In this document: one piece after another, positions 1 through 11,500 of the stretch
How the letters are laid out: each line of letters opens with the position of its first letter
How positions within the stretch are numbered: the first letter of the stretch is position 1
NCBI GenBank assembly: GCA_964016885.1
Contig: OZ024744.1
Location: 4,154,001-4,218,000 of the forward strand
From: Eledone cirrhosa
Taxonomy: Eukaryota
Direction: 5' to 3'
Length of the DNA: 64,000 bases
Translations under genes and position numbers: made by a program
The notes under the pieces: model-generated
The model's input: only the letters and a program-made list of their open reading frames with translations
What the model was told of the DNA's origin: nothing
Database searches by the model: none

Positions 1-3000
1 GCTTGGTGAAGAACGAAGTTTTGTGTGAAGACAAGCTAGAGAAAGATAGCTTGGTGAAGAACGAAGTTTTGAGGGAAGACAAGGTAGAGAAAGATAGCTT
101 GGTGAATAACGAAGTTTTGGGAGAAGACAAGGTAGCGAAAGATAGCTTGGTGAATAACGAAGTTTTGGGGGAAGACAAGGTAGAGAAAGATAGCTTGGTG
201 AATAACGAAGTTTTGGGAGAAGACAAGGTCGAGAAAGATAGCTTGGTGAAGAACGAAATTTTGAGGGAAGACAAGGTAGAGAAAGATAGCTTGGTGAAGA
301 ACGACGTTTTGAGGGAAGACAAAATAGAGAAAGATAGCTTGGTGAAGAACGACGTTTTGTGGGATGACAAGGTAGAGAAAGATGACTTGGTGAAGAACGA
401 AGTTTTGGGGGAAGACAAGGTAGATAAAGATAGCTTGGTGAAGAACGAAGTTTTGGGGGAAGACAAGGTAGAGAAAGATAGCTTGGTGAAGAACGACGTT
501 TTGAGGGAAGACAAGGTAGAGAAAGATAGCTTGGTGAAGAACGAAGTTTTGAGGGAAGACAAGGTAGCGAAAGATAGCTTGGTGAATAACGAAGTTTTGG
601 GGGAAGACAAGGTAGAGAAAGATAGCTTGGTGAATAACGAAGTTTTGGGGGAAGACAAGGTAGAGAAAGATAGCTTGGTGAAGAACGAAGTTCTGAGGGA
701 AGACAAGGTAGAGAAAGATAGCTTGGTGAAGAACGACGTTTTGTGGGAAGACAAGGTAGAGAAAGATATCTTGGTGAAGAAGGAAGTTTTGACGGGAGAC
801 AAGGTAGAGAAAGATAGCTTGCGAAGAACGAAGTTTTGGGGGAAGACAAGGTAGAGAAAGATAGCTTGGTGAAGAACGAAGTTTTGTGGGAGGACAAGGT
901 AGAGAAGGATAGCTTGGTGAAGAACGAAGTTCTGAGGGAAGACAAGGTAGAGAAAGATAGCTTGGTGAAGAACGACGTTTTGTGGGAAGACAAGGTAGAG
1001 AAAGATATCTTGGTGAAGAAGGAAGTTTTGACGGAAGACAAGGTAGAGAAAGATAGCTTGCGAAGAACGAAGTTTTGGGGGAAGACAAGGTAGAGAAAGA
1101 TAGCTTGGTGAAGAACGAAGTTTTGTGGGAGGACAAGGTAGAGAAAGATAGCTTGGTGAAGAACGACGTTTTGAGGGAAGACAAGGTAGAGAAAGATAGC
1201 TTGGTGAAGAACGAAATTTTGACGGAAGACAAGGTAGAGAAAGATAGCTTGGTGAAGAACGAAGTTTTGAGGGAAGACAAGGTAGCGAAAGATAGCTTGG
1301 TGAATAACGAAGTTTTGGGGGAAGACAAGGTAGAGAAAGATAGCTTGCGAAGAACGAAGTTTTGGGGGAAGACAAGGTAGAGAAAGATAGCTTGGTGAAG
1401 AACGAAGTTTTGGGGGAAGACAAGGTAGAGAAAGATAGCTTGGTGAAGAACGACGTTTTGAGGGAAGACAAGGTAGAGAAAGATAGCTTGGTGAAGAACG
1501 AAGTTTTGAGGGAAGACAAGGTAGAGAAAGATAGCTTGGTGAAGAACGATGTTTTGAGGGAAGACAAGGTAGAAAAAGATAGCTTGGTGAAGAACGACGT
1601 TTTGAGGGAAGACAAGGTAGAGAAAGATAGCTTGGTGAAGAACGACGTTTTGTGGGACGACAAGGTAGAGAAAGATAGCTTGGTGAAGAACGAAGTTTTG
1701 GGGGAAGACAAGGTAGAGAAAGATAGCTTGGTGAAGAACGAAGTTTTGGGAGAAGACAAGGTAGAGAAAGATATCTTGGTGAAGAACGAAGTTTTGGGAG
1801 AAGACAAGGTAGAGAAAGATATCTTGGTGAAGAACGAAGTTTTGACGGAAGACAAGGTAGAGAAAGATAGCTTGGTGAAGAATGACGTTTTGTGGGAAGA
1901 CAAGGTAGAGAATAGATAGCTTGGTGAAGAACGAAGTTTTGTGTGAAGACAAGGTAGAGAAAGATAGCTTGGTGAAGAACGAAGTTTTGGGGGAAGACAA
2001 GGCAGAGAAAGATAGATTGGTGAAGAACGAAGTTTTGGGGAAGACAATGTAGAGAAAGATATCTTGGTGAAGAACGAAGTTTTGACGGAAGACAAGGTAG
2101 AGAAAGATAGCTTGGTGAAGAACGAAGTTTTGGGGGAAGACAAGTTAGAGAAAGATAGCTTGGTGAAGAACGAAGTTTTGGGGAAAGACGAGGTAGAGAA
2201 AGATAGCTTGGTGAACAACGAAGTTTTGGGGGAAGACAAGGTAGAGAAAGATAGCTTGGTGAATAACGAGGTTTTGGGAGAAGACAAGGTAGAGAAAGAT
2301 AGCTTGGTGAAGAACGACGTTTTGAGGGAAGACAAGGTAGAGAAAGATAGCTTGGTGAAGAACGAAATTTTGACGGAAGACAAGGTAGAGAAAGATAGCT
2401 TGGTGAAGAACGAAGTTTTGAGGGAAGACAAGGTAGCGAAAGATAGCTTGGTGAATAACGAAGTTTTGGGGGAAGACAAGGTAGAGAAAGATAGCTTGCG
2501 AAGAACGAAGTTTTGGGGGAAGACAAGGTAGAGAAAGATAGCTTGGTGAAGAACGAAGTTTTGGGGGAAGACAAGGTAGAGAAAGATAGCTTGGTGAAGA
2601 ACGACGTTTTGAGGGAAGACAAGGTAGAGAAAGATAGCTTGGTGAAGAACGAAGTTTTGAGGGAAGACAAGGTAGAGAAAGATAGCTTGGTGAAGAACGA
2701 TGTTTTGAGGGAAGACAAGGTAGAAAAAGATAGCTTGGTGAAGAACGACGTTTTGAGGGAAGACAAGGTAGAGAAAGATAGCTTGGTGAAGAACGACGTT
2801 TTGTGGGACGACAAGGTAGAGAAAGATAGCTTGGTGAAGAACGAAGTTTTGGGGGAAGACAAGGTAGAGAAAGATAGCTTGGTGAAGAACGAAGTTTTGG
2901 GAGAAGACAAGGTAGAGAAAGATATCTTGGTGAAGAACGAAGTTTTGGGAGAAGACAAGGTAGAGAAAGATATCTTGGTGAAGAACGAAGTTTTGACGGA

Positions 3001-6000
3001 AGACAAGGTAGAGAAAGATAGCTTGGTGAAGAATGACGTTTTGTGGGAAGACAAGGTAGAGAATAGATAGCTTGGTGAAGAACGAAGTTTTGTGTGAAGA
3101 CAAGGTAGAGAAAGATAGCTTGGTGAAGAACGAAGTTTTGGGGGAAGACAAGGCAGAGAAAGATAGATTGGTGAAGAACGAAGTTTTGGGGAAGACAATG
3201 TAGAGAAAGATATCTTGGTGAAGAACGAAGTTTTGACGGAAGACAAGGTAGAGAAAGATAGCTTGGTGAAGAACGAAGTTTTGGGGGAAGACAAGTTAGA
3301 GAAAGATAGCTTGGTGAAGAACGAAGTTTTGGGGAAAGACGAGGTAGAGAAAGATAGCTTGGTGAACAACGAAGTTTTGGGGGAAGACAAGGTAGAGAAA
3401 GATAGCTTGGTGAATAACGAGGTTTTGGGAGAAGACAAGGTAGAGAAAGATAGCTTGGTGAAGAACGATGTTTTGAGGGAAGACAAGGTAGAGAAAGATA
3501 GCTTGGTGAAGAACGACGTTTTGAGGGAAGACAAGGTAGAGAAAGATAGCTTGGTGAAGAACGACGTTTTGTGGGAAGACAAGGTAGAGAAAGATAGCTT
3601 GGTGAAGAACGAAGTTTTGGGGGAAGACAAGGTAGAGAAAGATAGCTTGCGAAGAACGAAGTTTTGGGGGAAGACAAGGTAGAGAAAGATAGCTTGGTGA
3701 AGAACGAAGTTTTGGGGGAAGACAAGGTAGAGAAAGATAGCTTGGTGAAGAACGACGTTTTGAGGGAAGACAAGGTAGAGAAAGATAGCTTGGTGAAGAA
3801 CGAAGTTTTGAGGGAAGACAAGGTAGAGAAAGATAGCTTGGTGAAGAACGATGTTTTGAGGGAAGACAAGGTAGAAAAAGATAGCTTGGTGAAGAACGAC
3901 GTTTTGAGGGAAGACAAGGTAGAGAAAGATAGCTTGGTGAAGAACGATGTTTTGTGGGAAGACAAGGTAGAGAAAGATAGCTTGGTGAAGAACGAAGTTT
4001 TGGGGGAAGACAAGGTAGAGAAAGATAGCTTGGTGAAGAACGAAGTTTTTGGGGAAGACAAGGTAGAGAAAGAGAGCTTGGTGAAGAACGACGTTTTGAT
4101 GAAAGACAAGGTAGAGAAAGATAGCTTGGTGAAGAACGAAGTTTTGGGGAAGACAATGTAGAGAAAGATAGCTTGGTGAAGAACGAAGTTTTGGGGGAAG
4201 ACAAGGTAGAGAAAGATAGCTTGGTGAAGAACGAAGTTCTGAGGGACGACAAGGTAGAGAAAGATAGCTTGGTGAAGAACGAAGTTTTGGGAGAAGACAA
4301 GGTAGAGAAAGATATCTTGGTGAAGAACGAAGTTTTGGGGGAAGACAAGGTAGAGAAAGATAGCTTGGTGAAGAACGAAGTTTTGGGGGAAGACGAGGTA
4401 GAGAAAGATAGCTTGGTGAACAACGAAGTTTTGGGGGAAGACAAGGTAGAGAAAGATAGCTTGGTGAAGAACGAAGTTTTGGGGGAAGACAAGGTAGAGA
4501 AAGATAGCTTGGTGAAGAACGAAGTTTTGGGGGAAGACAAGGTAGAGAAAGATAGCTTGGTGAAGAACGACGTTTTGAGGGAAGACAAGTTAGAGAAAGA
4601 TAGCTTGGTGAAGAACGAAGTTTTGACGGAAGACAAGGTAGAGAAAGATAGCTTGGTGAAGAATGACGTTTTGTGGGAAGACAAGGTAGAGAAAGATAGC
4701 TTGGTGAAGAACGAAGTTTTGTATGAAGACAAGCTAGAAAAAGATAGCTTGGTGAAGAACGAAGTTTTAGGGGAAGACAAGGTAGAGAAAGATAGCTTGG
4801 TGAAGAACGAAGTTTTGGGGGAAGACAAGGTAGAGAAAGATAGCTTGGTGAAGAACAAAGTTTTGGGGGAAGACAAGGTAGAGAAAGATAGCTTGGTGAA
4901 GAACGAAGTTTTGAGGGAAGACGAGGTAGAGAAAGATAGCTTGGTGAAGAACGAAGTTTTGGGGGAAGACAAGGTAGAGAAAGATAGCTTGGTGAAGAAC
5001 GAAGTTTTGGGGGAAGACAAGGTAGAGAAAGATAGCTTGGTGAAGAACGACGTTTTGAGGGAAGACAAGGTTGTGAAAGATAGCTTGGTGAAGAACGAAG
5101 TTTTGGGGAAGACAATGTAGAGAAAGATAGCTTGGTGAAGAACGAAGTTTTGGGGGAAGACAAGGTAGAGAAAGATAGCTTGGTGAAGAACGAAGTTCTG
5201 AGGGAAGACAAGGTAGAGAAAGATAGCTTGGTGAAGAACGAAGTTTTGGGAGGAGACAAGGTAGAGAAAGATATCTTGGTGAAGAACGAAGTTTTGACGG
5301 AAGACAAGGTAGAGAAAGATAGCTTGGTGAAGAATGACGTTTTGTGGGAAGACAAGGTAGAGAAAGATAGCTTGGTGAAGAACGAAGTTTTGTGTGAAGA
5401 CAAGCTAGAGAAAGATAGCTTGGTGAAGAACGAAGTTTTGAGGGAAGACAAGGTAGAGAAAGATAGCTTGGTGAATAACGAAGTTTTGGGAGAAGACAAG
5501 GTAGCGAAAGATAGCTTGGTGAATAACGAAGTTTTGGGGGAAGACAAGGTAGAGAAAGATAGCTTGGTGAATAACGAAGTTTTGGGAGAAGACAAGGTCG
5601 AGAAAGATAGCTTGGTGAAGAACGAAATTTTGAGGGAAGACAAGGTAGAGAAAGATAGCTTGGTGAAGAACGACGTTTTGAGGGAAGACAAAATAGAGAA
5701 AGATAGCTTGGTGAAGAACGACGTTTTGTGGGATGACAAGGTAGAGAAAGATGACTTGGTGAAGAACGAAGTTTTGGGGGAAGACAAGGTAGATAAAGAT
5801 AGCTTGGTGAAGAACGAAGTTTTGGGGGAAGACAAGGTAGAGAAAGATAGCTTGGTGAAGAACGACGTTTTGAGGGAAGACAAGGTAGAGAAAGATAGCT
5901 TGGTGAAGAACGAAGTTTTGAGGGAAGACAAGGTAGCGAAAGATAGCTTGGTGAATAACGAAGTTTTGGGGGAAGACAAGGTAGAGAAAGATAGCTTGGT

Positions 6001-7680
6001 GAATAACGAAGTTTTGGGGGAAGACAAGGTAGAGAAAGATAGCTTGGTGAAGAACGAAGTTCTGAGGGAAGACAAGGTAGAGAAAGATAGCTTGGTGAAG
6101 AACGAAGTTTTGTGGGAAGACAAGGTAGAGAAAGATATCTTGGTGAAGAAGGAAGTTTTGACGGGAGACAAGGTAGAGAAAGATAGCTTGCGAAGAACGA
6201 AGTTTTGGGGGAAGACAAGGTAGAGAAAGATAGCTTGGTGAAGAACGAAGTTTTGTGGGAGGACAAGGTAGAGAAAGATAGCTTGGTGAAGAACGAAGTT
6301 CTGAGGGAAGACAAGGTAGAGAAAGATAGCTTGGTGAAGAACGACGTTTTGTGGGAAGACAAGGTAGAGAAAGATATCTTGGTGAAGAAGGAAGTTTTGA
6401 CGGAAGACAAGGTAGAGAAAGATAGCTTGCGAAGAACGAAGTTTTGGGGGAAGACAAGGTAGAGAAAGATAGCTTGGTGAAGAACGAAGTTTTGTGGGAG
6501 GACAAGGTAGAGAAAGATAGCTTGGTGAAGAACGACGTTTTGAGGGAAGACAAGGTAGAGAAAGATAGCTTGGTGAAGAACGAAATTTTGACGGAAGACA
6601 AGGTAGAGAAAGATAGCTTGGTGAAGAACGAAGTTTTGAGGGAAGACAAGGTAGCGAAAGATAGCTTGGTGAATAACGAAGTTTTGGGGGAAGACAAGGT
6701 AGAGAAAGATAGCTTGCGAAGAACGAAGTTTTGGGGGAAGACAAGGTAGAGAAAGATAGCTTGGTGAAGAACGAAGTTTTGGGGGAAGACAAGGTAGAGA
6801 AAGATAGCTTGGTGAAGAACGACGTTTTGAGGGAAGACAAGGTAGAGAAAGATAGCTTGGTGAAGAACGAAGTTTTGAGGGAAGACAAGGTAGAGAAAGA
6901 TAGCTTGGTGAAGAACGATGTTTTGAGGGAAGACAAGGTAGAAAAAGATAGCTTGGTGAAGAACGACGTTTTGAGGGAAGACAAGGTAGAGAAAGATAGC
7001 TTGGTGAAGAACGACGTTTTGTGGGACGACAAGGTAGAGAAAGATAGCTTGGTGAAGAACGAAGTTTTGGGGGAAGACAAGGTAGAGAAAGATAGCTTGG
7101 TGAAGAACGAAGTTTTGGGAGAAGACAAGGTAGAGAAAGATATCTTGGTGAAGAACGAAGTTTTGGGAGAAGACAAGGTAGAGAAAGATATCTTGGTGAA
7201 GAACGAAGTTTTGACGGAAGACAAGGTAGAGAAAGATAGCTTGGTGAAGAATGACGTTTTGTGGGAAGACAAGGTAGAGAATAGATAGCTTGGTGAAGAA
7301 CGAAGTTTTGTGTGAAGACAAGGTAGAGAAAGATAGCTTGGTGAAGAACGAAGTTTTGGGGGAAGACAAGGCAGAGAAAGATAGATTGGTGAAGAACGAA
7401 GTTTTGGGGAAGACAATGTAGAGAAAGATATCTTGGTGAAGAACGAAGTTTTGACGGAAGACAAGGTAGAGAAAGATAGCTTGGTGAAGAACGAAGTTTT
7501 GGGGGAAGACAAGTTAGAGAAAGATAGCTTGGTGAAGAACGAAGTTTTGGGGAAAGACGAGGTAGAGAAAGATAGCTTGGTGAACAACGAAGTTTTGGGG
7601 GAAGACAAGGTAGAGAAAGATAGCTTGGTGAATAACGAGGTTTTGGGAGAAGACAAGGTAGAGAAAGATAGCTTGGTGAA
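1..7680 (+). repeat. HOR duplication: ~1-2310 repeated at ~5370-7680 (offset 5369 = 112 monomers minus 7 nt)
   Basis: Matching ORF pattern 836/6205, 1075/6444, 1362/6731, 2064/7433; +1 T insertion at 1913 and 7282. Copies differ at private sites (G at 907; GAC at 735 vs GAA at 6104). Confidence 0.9.
1150..3450 (+). repeat. Tandem 24-monomer (1151 bp) duplication
   Basis: Identical 185-aa ORFs at 1362 and 2513; T insertion at 1913/3064; GGCAGAG..GATAGATT variant at ~2002/3153. Confidence 0.92.
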
Positions 7681-8540
7681 GAACGATGTTTTGAGGGAAG
7701 ACAAGGTAGAGAAAGATAGCTTGGTGAAGAACGACGTTTTGAGGGAAGACAAGGTAGAGAAAGATAGCTTGGTGAAGAACGACGTTTTGTGGGAAGACAA
7801 GGTAGAGAAAGATAGCTTGGTGAAGAACGAAGTTTTGGGGGAAGACAAGGTAGAGAAAGATAGCTTGCGAAGAACGAAGTTTTGGGGGAAGACAAGGTAG
7901 AGAAAGATAGCTTGGTGAAGAACGAAGTTTTGGGGGAAGACAAGGTAGAGAAAGATAGCTTGGTGAAGAACGACGTTTTGAGGGAAGACAAGGTAGAGAA
8001 AGATAGCTTGGTGAAGAACGAAGTTTTGAGGGAAGACAAGGTAGAGAAAGATAGCTTGGTGAAGAACGATGTTTTGAGGGAAGACAAGGTAGAAAAAGAT
8101 AGCTTGGTGAAGAACGACGTTTTGAGGGAAGACAAGGTAGAGAAAGATAGCTTGGTGAAGAACGACGTTTTGTGGGAAGACAAGGTAGAGAAAGATAGCT
8201 TGGTGAAGAACGAAGTTTTGGGGGAAGACAAGGTAGAGAAAGATAGCTTGGTGAAGAACGAAGTTTTTGGGGAAGACAAGGTAGAGAAAGAGAGCTTGGT
8301 GAAGAACGACGTTTTGATGAAAGACAAGGTAGAGAAAGATAGCTTGGTGAAGAACGAAGTTTTGGGGAAGACAATGTAGAGAAAGATAGCTTGGTGAAGA
8401 ACGAAGTTTTGGGGGAAGACAAGGTAGAGAAAGATAGCTTGGTGAAGAACGAAGTTCTGAGGGACGACAAGGTAGAGAAAGATAGCTTGGTGAAGAACGA
8501 AGTTTTGGGAGAAGACAAGGTAGAGAAAGATATCTTGGTG
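2310..8540 (+). repeat. HOR duplication: ~2310-4320 repeated at ~6530-8540 (offset 4218 = 88 monomers minus 6 nt)
   Basis: ORFs 3215/7433 and 3664/7882 are identical, including the rare TTTTTGGG (F), GAGAGC and ATGAAA variants. Confidence 0.88.
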
Positions 8541-11500
8541 AAGAACGAAGTTTTGACGGAAGACAAGGTAGAGAAAGATAGCTTGGTGAAGAATGACGTT
8601 TTGTGGGAAGACAAGGTAGAGAATAGATAGCTTGGTGAAGAACGAAGTTTTGTGTGAAGACAAGGTAGAGAAAGATAGCTTGGTGAAGAACGAAGTTTTG
8701 GGGGAAGACAAGGCAGAGAAAGATAGATTGGTGAAGAACGAAGTTTTGAGGGATGACAAGGTAGAGAAAGATGACTTGGTGTAGAAAGAAGTTTTGGGGG
8801 AAGACAAGGTAGAGAAAGATAGCTTGGTGAAGAACGAAGTTTTGGGGGAAGACAAGGTAGAGAAAGATAGCTTGGTGAAGAACGAAGTTTTGGGGGAAGA
8901 CAAGGTAGAGAAAGATAGCTTGGTGAAGAACGAAGTTTTGAGGGAAGACAAGGTAGAGAAAGATAGCTTGGTGAATAACGAAGTTTTGGGAGAAGACAAG
9001 GTAGAGAAAGATAGCTTGGTGAAGAACGATGTTTTGAGGGAAGACAAGGTAGAGAAAGATAGCTTGGTGAAAAACGACGTTTTGAGGGAAGACAAGGTAG
9101 AGAAAGATAGCTTGGTGAAGAACGAAGTTCTGAGGGAAGACAAGGTAGAGAAAGATAGCTTGGTGAAGAACGAAGTTTTGGGAGAAAACAAGGTAGAGAA
9201 AGATATATTGGTGAAGAACGAAGTTTCGACGGAAGACAAGGTAGAGAAAGATAGCTTGGTGAAGAATGACGTTTTGTGGGAAGACAAGGTAGAGAAAGAT
9301 AGCTTGGTGAAGAACGAAGTTTTGTGTGAAGACAAGCTAGAGAAAGATAGCTTGGTGAAGAACGAAGTTTTGGGGGAAGACAAGGTAGAGAAAGATAGCT
9401 TGGTGAAGAACGATGTTTTGGGGGAAGACAAGGTAGAGAAAGATAGCTTGGTGAAGAACGAAGTTTTGAGGGAAGACAAGGTATAGAAAGATAGCTTGGT
9501 GAATAACGAAGTTTTGGGAGAAGACAAGGTAGAGAAAGATAGCTTGGTGAAGAACGATGTTTTGAGGGAAGACAAGGTAGAGAAAGATAGCTTGGTGAAG
9601 AACGACGTTTTGAGGGAAGACAAGGTAGAGAAAGATAGCTTGGTGAAGAACGACGTTTTGTGGGAAGACAAGGTAGAGAAAGATAGCTTGGTGAAGAACG
9701 AAGTTTTGGGGGAAGACAAGGTAGAGAAAGATAGATTGCGAAGAACGAAGTTTTGGGGGAAGACAAGGTAGAGAAAGATAGCTTGGCGAAGAACGAAGTT
9801 TTGGGGGAAGACAAGGTAGAGAAAGATAGCTTGGTGAAGAACGACGTTTTGAGGGAAGACAAGTTAGAGAAAGATAGCTTGGTGAAGAACGAAGTTTTGT
9901 ATGAAGACAAGCTAGAGAAAGATAGCTTGGTGAAGAACGAAGTTTTAGGGGAAGACAAGGTAGAGAAAGATAGCTTGGTGAAGAACGAAGTTTTGGGGGA
10001 AGACAAGGTAGAGAAAGATAGCTTGGTGAAGAACAAAGTTTTGGGGGAAGACAAGGTAGAGAAAGATAGCTTGGTGAAGAACGAAGTTTTGAGGGAAGAC
10101 GAGGTAGAGAAAGATAGCTTGGTGAAGAACGAAGTTTTGGGGGAAGACAAGGTAGAGAAAGATAGCTTGGTGAAGAACGAAGTTTTGGGGGAAGACAAGG
10201 TAGAGAAAGATAGCTTGGTGAAGAACGACGTTTTGAGGGAAGACAAGGTCGTGAAAGATAGCTTGGTGTAGAACGAAGTTTTGGGGAAGACAATGTAGAG
10301 AAAGATAGCTTGGTGAAGAACGAAGTTTTGGGTGAAGACAAGGTAGAGAAAGATAGCTTGGTGAAGAACGAAGTTCTGAGGGAAGACAAGGTAGAGAAAG
10401 ATAGCTTGGTGAAGAACGAAGTTTTGGGAGGAGACAAGGTAGAGAAAGATATCTTGGTGAAGAACGAAGTTTTGACGGAAGACAAGGTAGAGAAAGATAG
10501 CTTGGTAAAGAATGACGTTTTGTGGGAAGACAAGGTAGAGAAAGATAGCTTGGTGAAGAACGAAGTTTTGTGTGAAGACAAGCTAGAGAAAGATAGCTTG
10601 GTGAAGAACGAAGTTTTGAGGGAAGACAAGGTAGAGAAAGATAGCTTGGTGAATAACGAAGTTTTGGGAGAAGACAAGGTAGAGAAAGATAGCTTGCTGA
10701 AGAACGAAGTTTTGGGGGAAGACAAGGTAGAGCAAGATAGCTTGGTGAAGAACGAAGTTTTGAGGGAAGACAAGGTAGCGAAAGATAGCTTGGTGAATAA
10801 CGAAGTTTTGGGGGAAGACAAGGTAGAGAAAGATAGCTTGGTGAATAACGAAGTTTTGGGAGAAGACAAGGTCGAGAAAGATAGCTTGGTGAAGAACGAA
10901 ATTTTGAGGGAAGACAAGGTAGAGAAAGATAGCTTGGTGAAGAACGACGTTTTGAGGGAAGACAAAATAGAGAAAGATAGCTTGGTGAAGAACGACGTTT
11001 TGTGGGATGACAAGGTAGAGAAAGATGACTTGGTGAAGAACGAAGTTTTGGGGGAAGACAAGGTAGATAAAGATAGCTTGGTGAAGAACGAAGTTTTGGG
11101 GGAAGACAAGGTAGAGAAAGATAGCTTGGTGAAGAACGACGTTTTGAGGGAAGACAAGGTAGAGAAAGATAGCTTGGTGAAGAACGAAGTTTTGGGGAAG
11201 ACAATGTAGAGAAAGATAGCTTGGTGAAGAACGAAGTTTTGGGGGAAGACAAGGTAGAGAAAGATAGCTTGGTGAAGAACGAAGTTCTGAGGGAAGACAA
11301 GGTAGAGAAAGATAGCTTGGTGAAGAACGACGTTTAGTGGGAAGACAAGGTAGAGAAAGATATCTTGGTGAAGAACGAAGTTTTGACGGAAGACAAGGTA
11401 GAGAAAGAGAGCTTGCGAAGAACGACGTTTTGTGGGAAGACAAGGTAGAGAAAGATAGCTTGGTGAAGAACGAAGTTTTGGGGGAAGACAAGGTAGAGAA

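Noticed and set aside
2-18. CENP-B box-like CTTCGTT on the minus strand
   Set aside because: Only the TTCG half matches; the A and CGGG of nTTCGnnnnAnnCGGGn are absent (sequence is CTTCGTTCTTCACCAAG).
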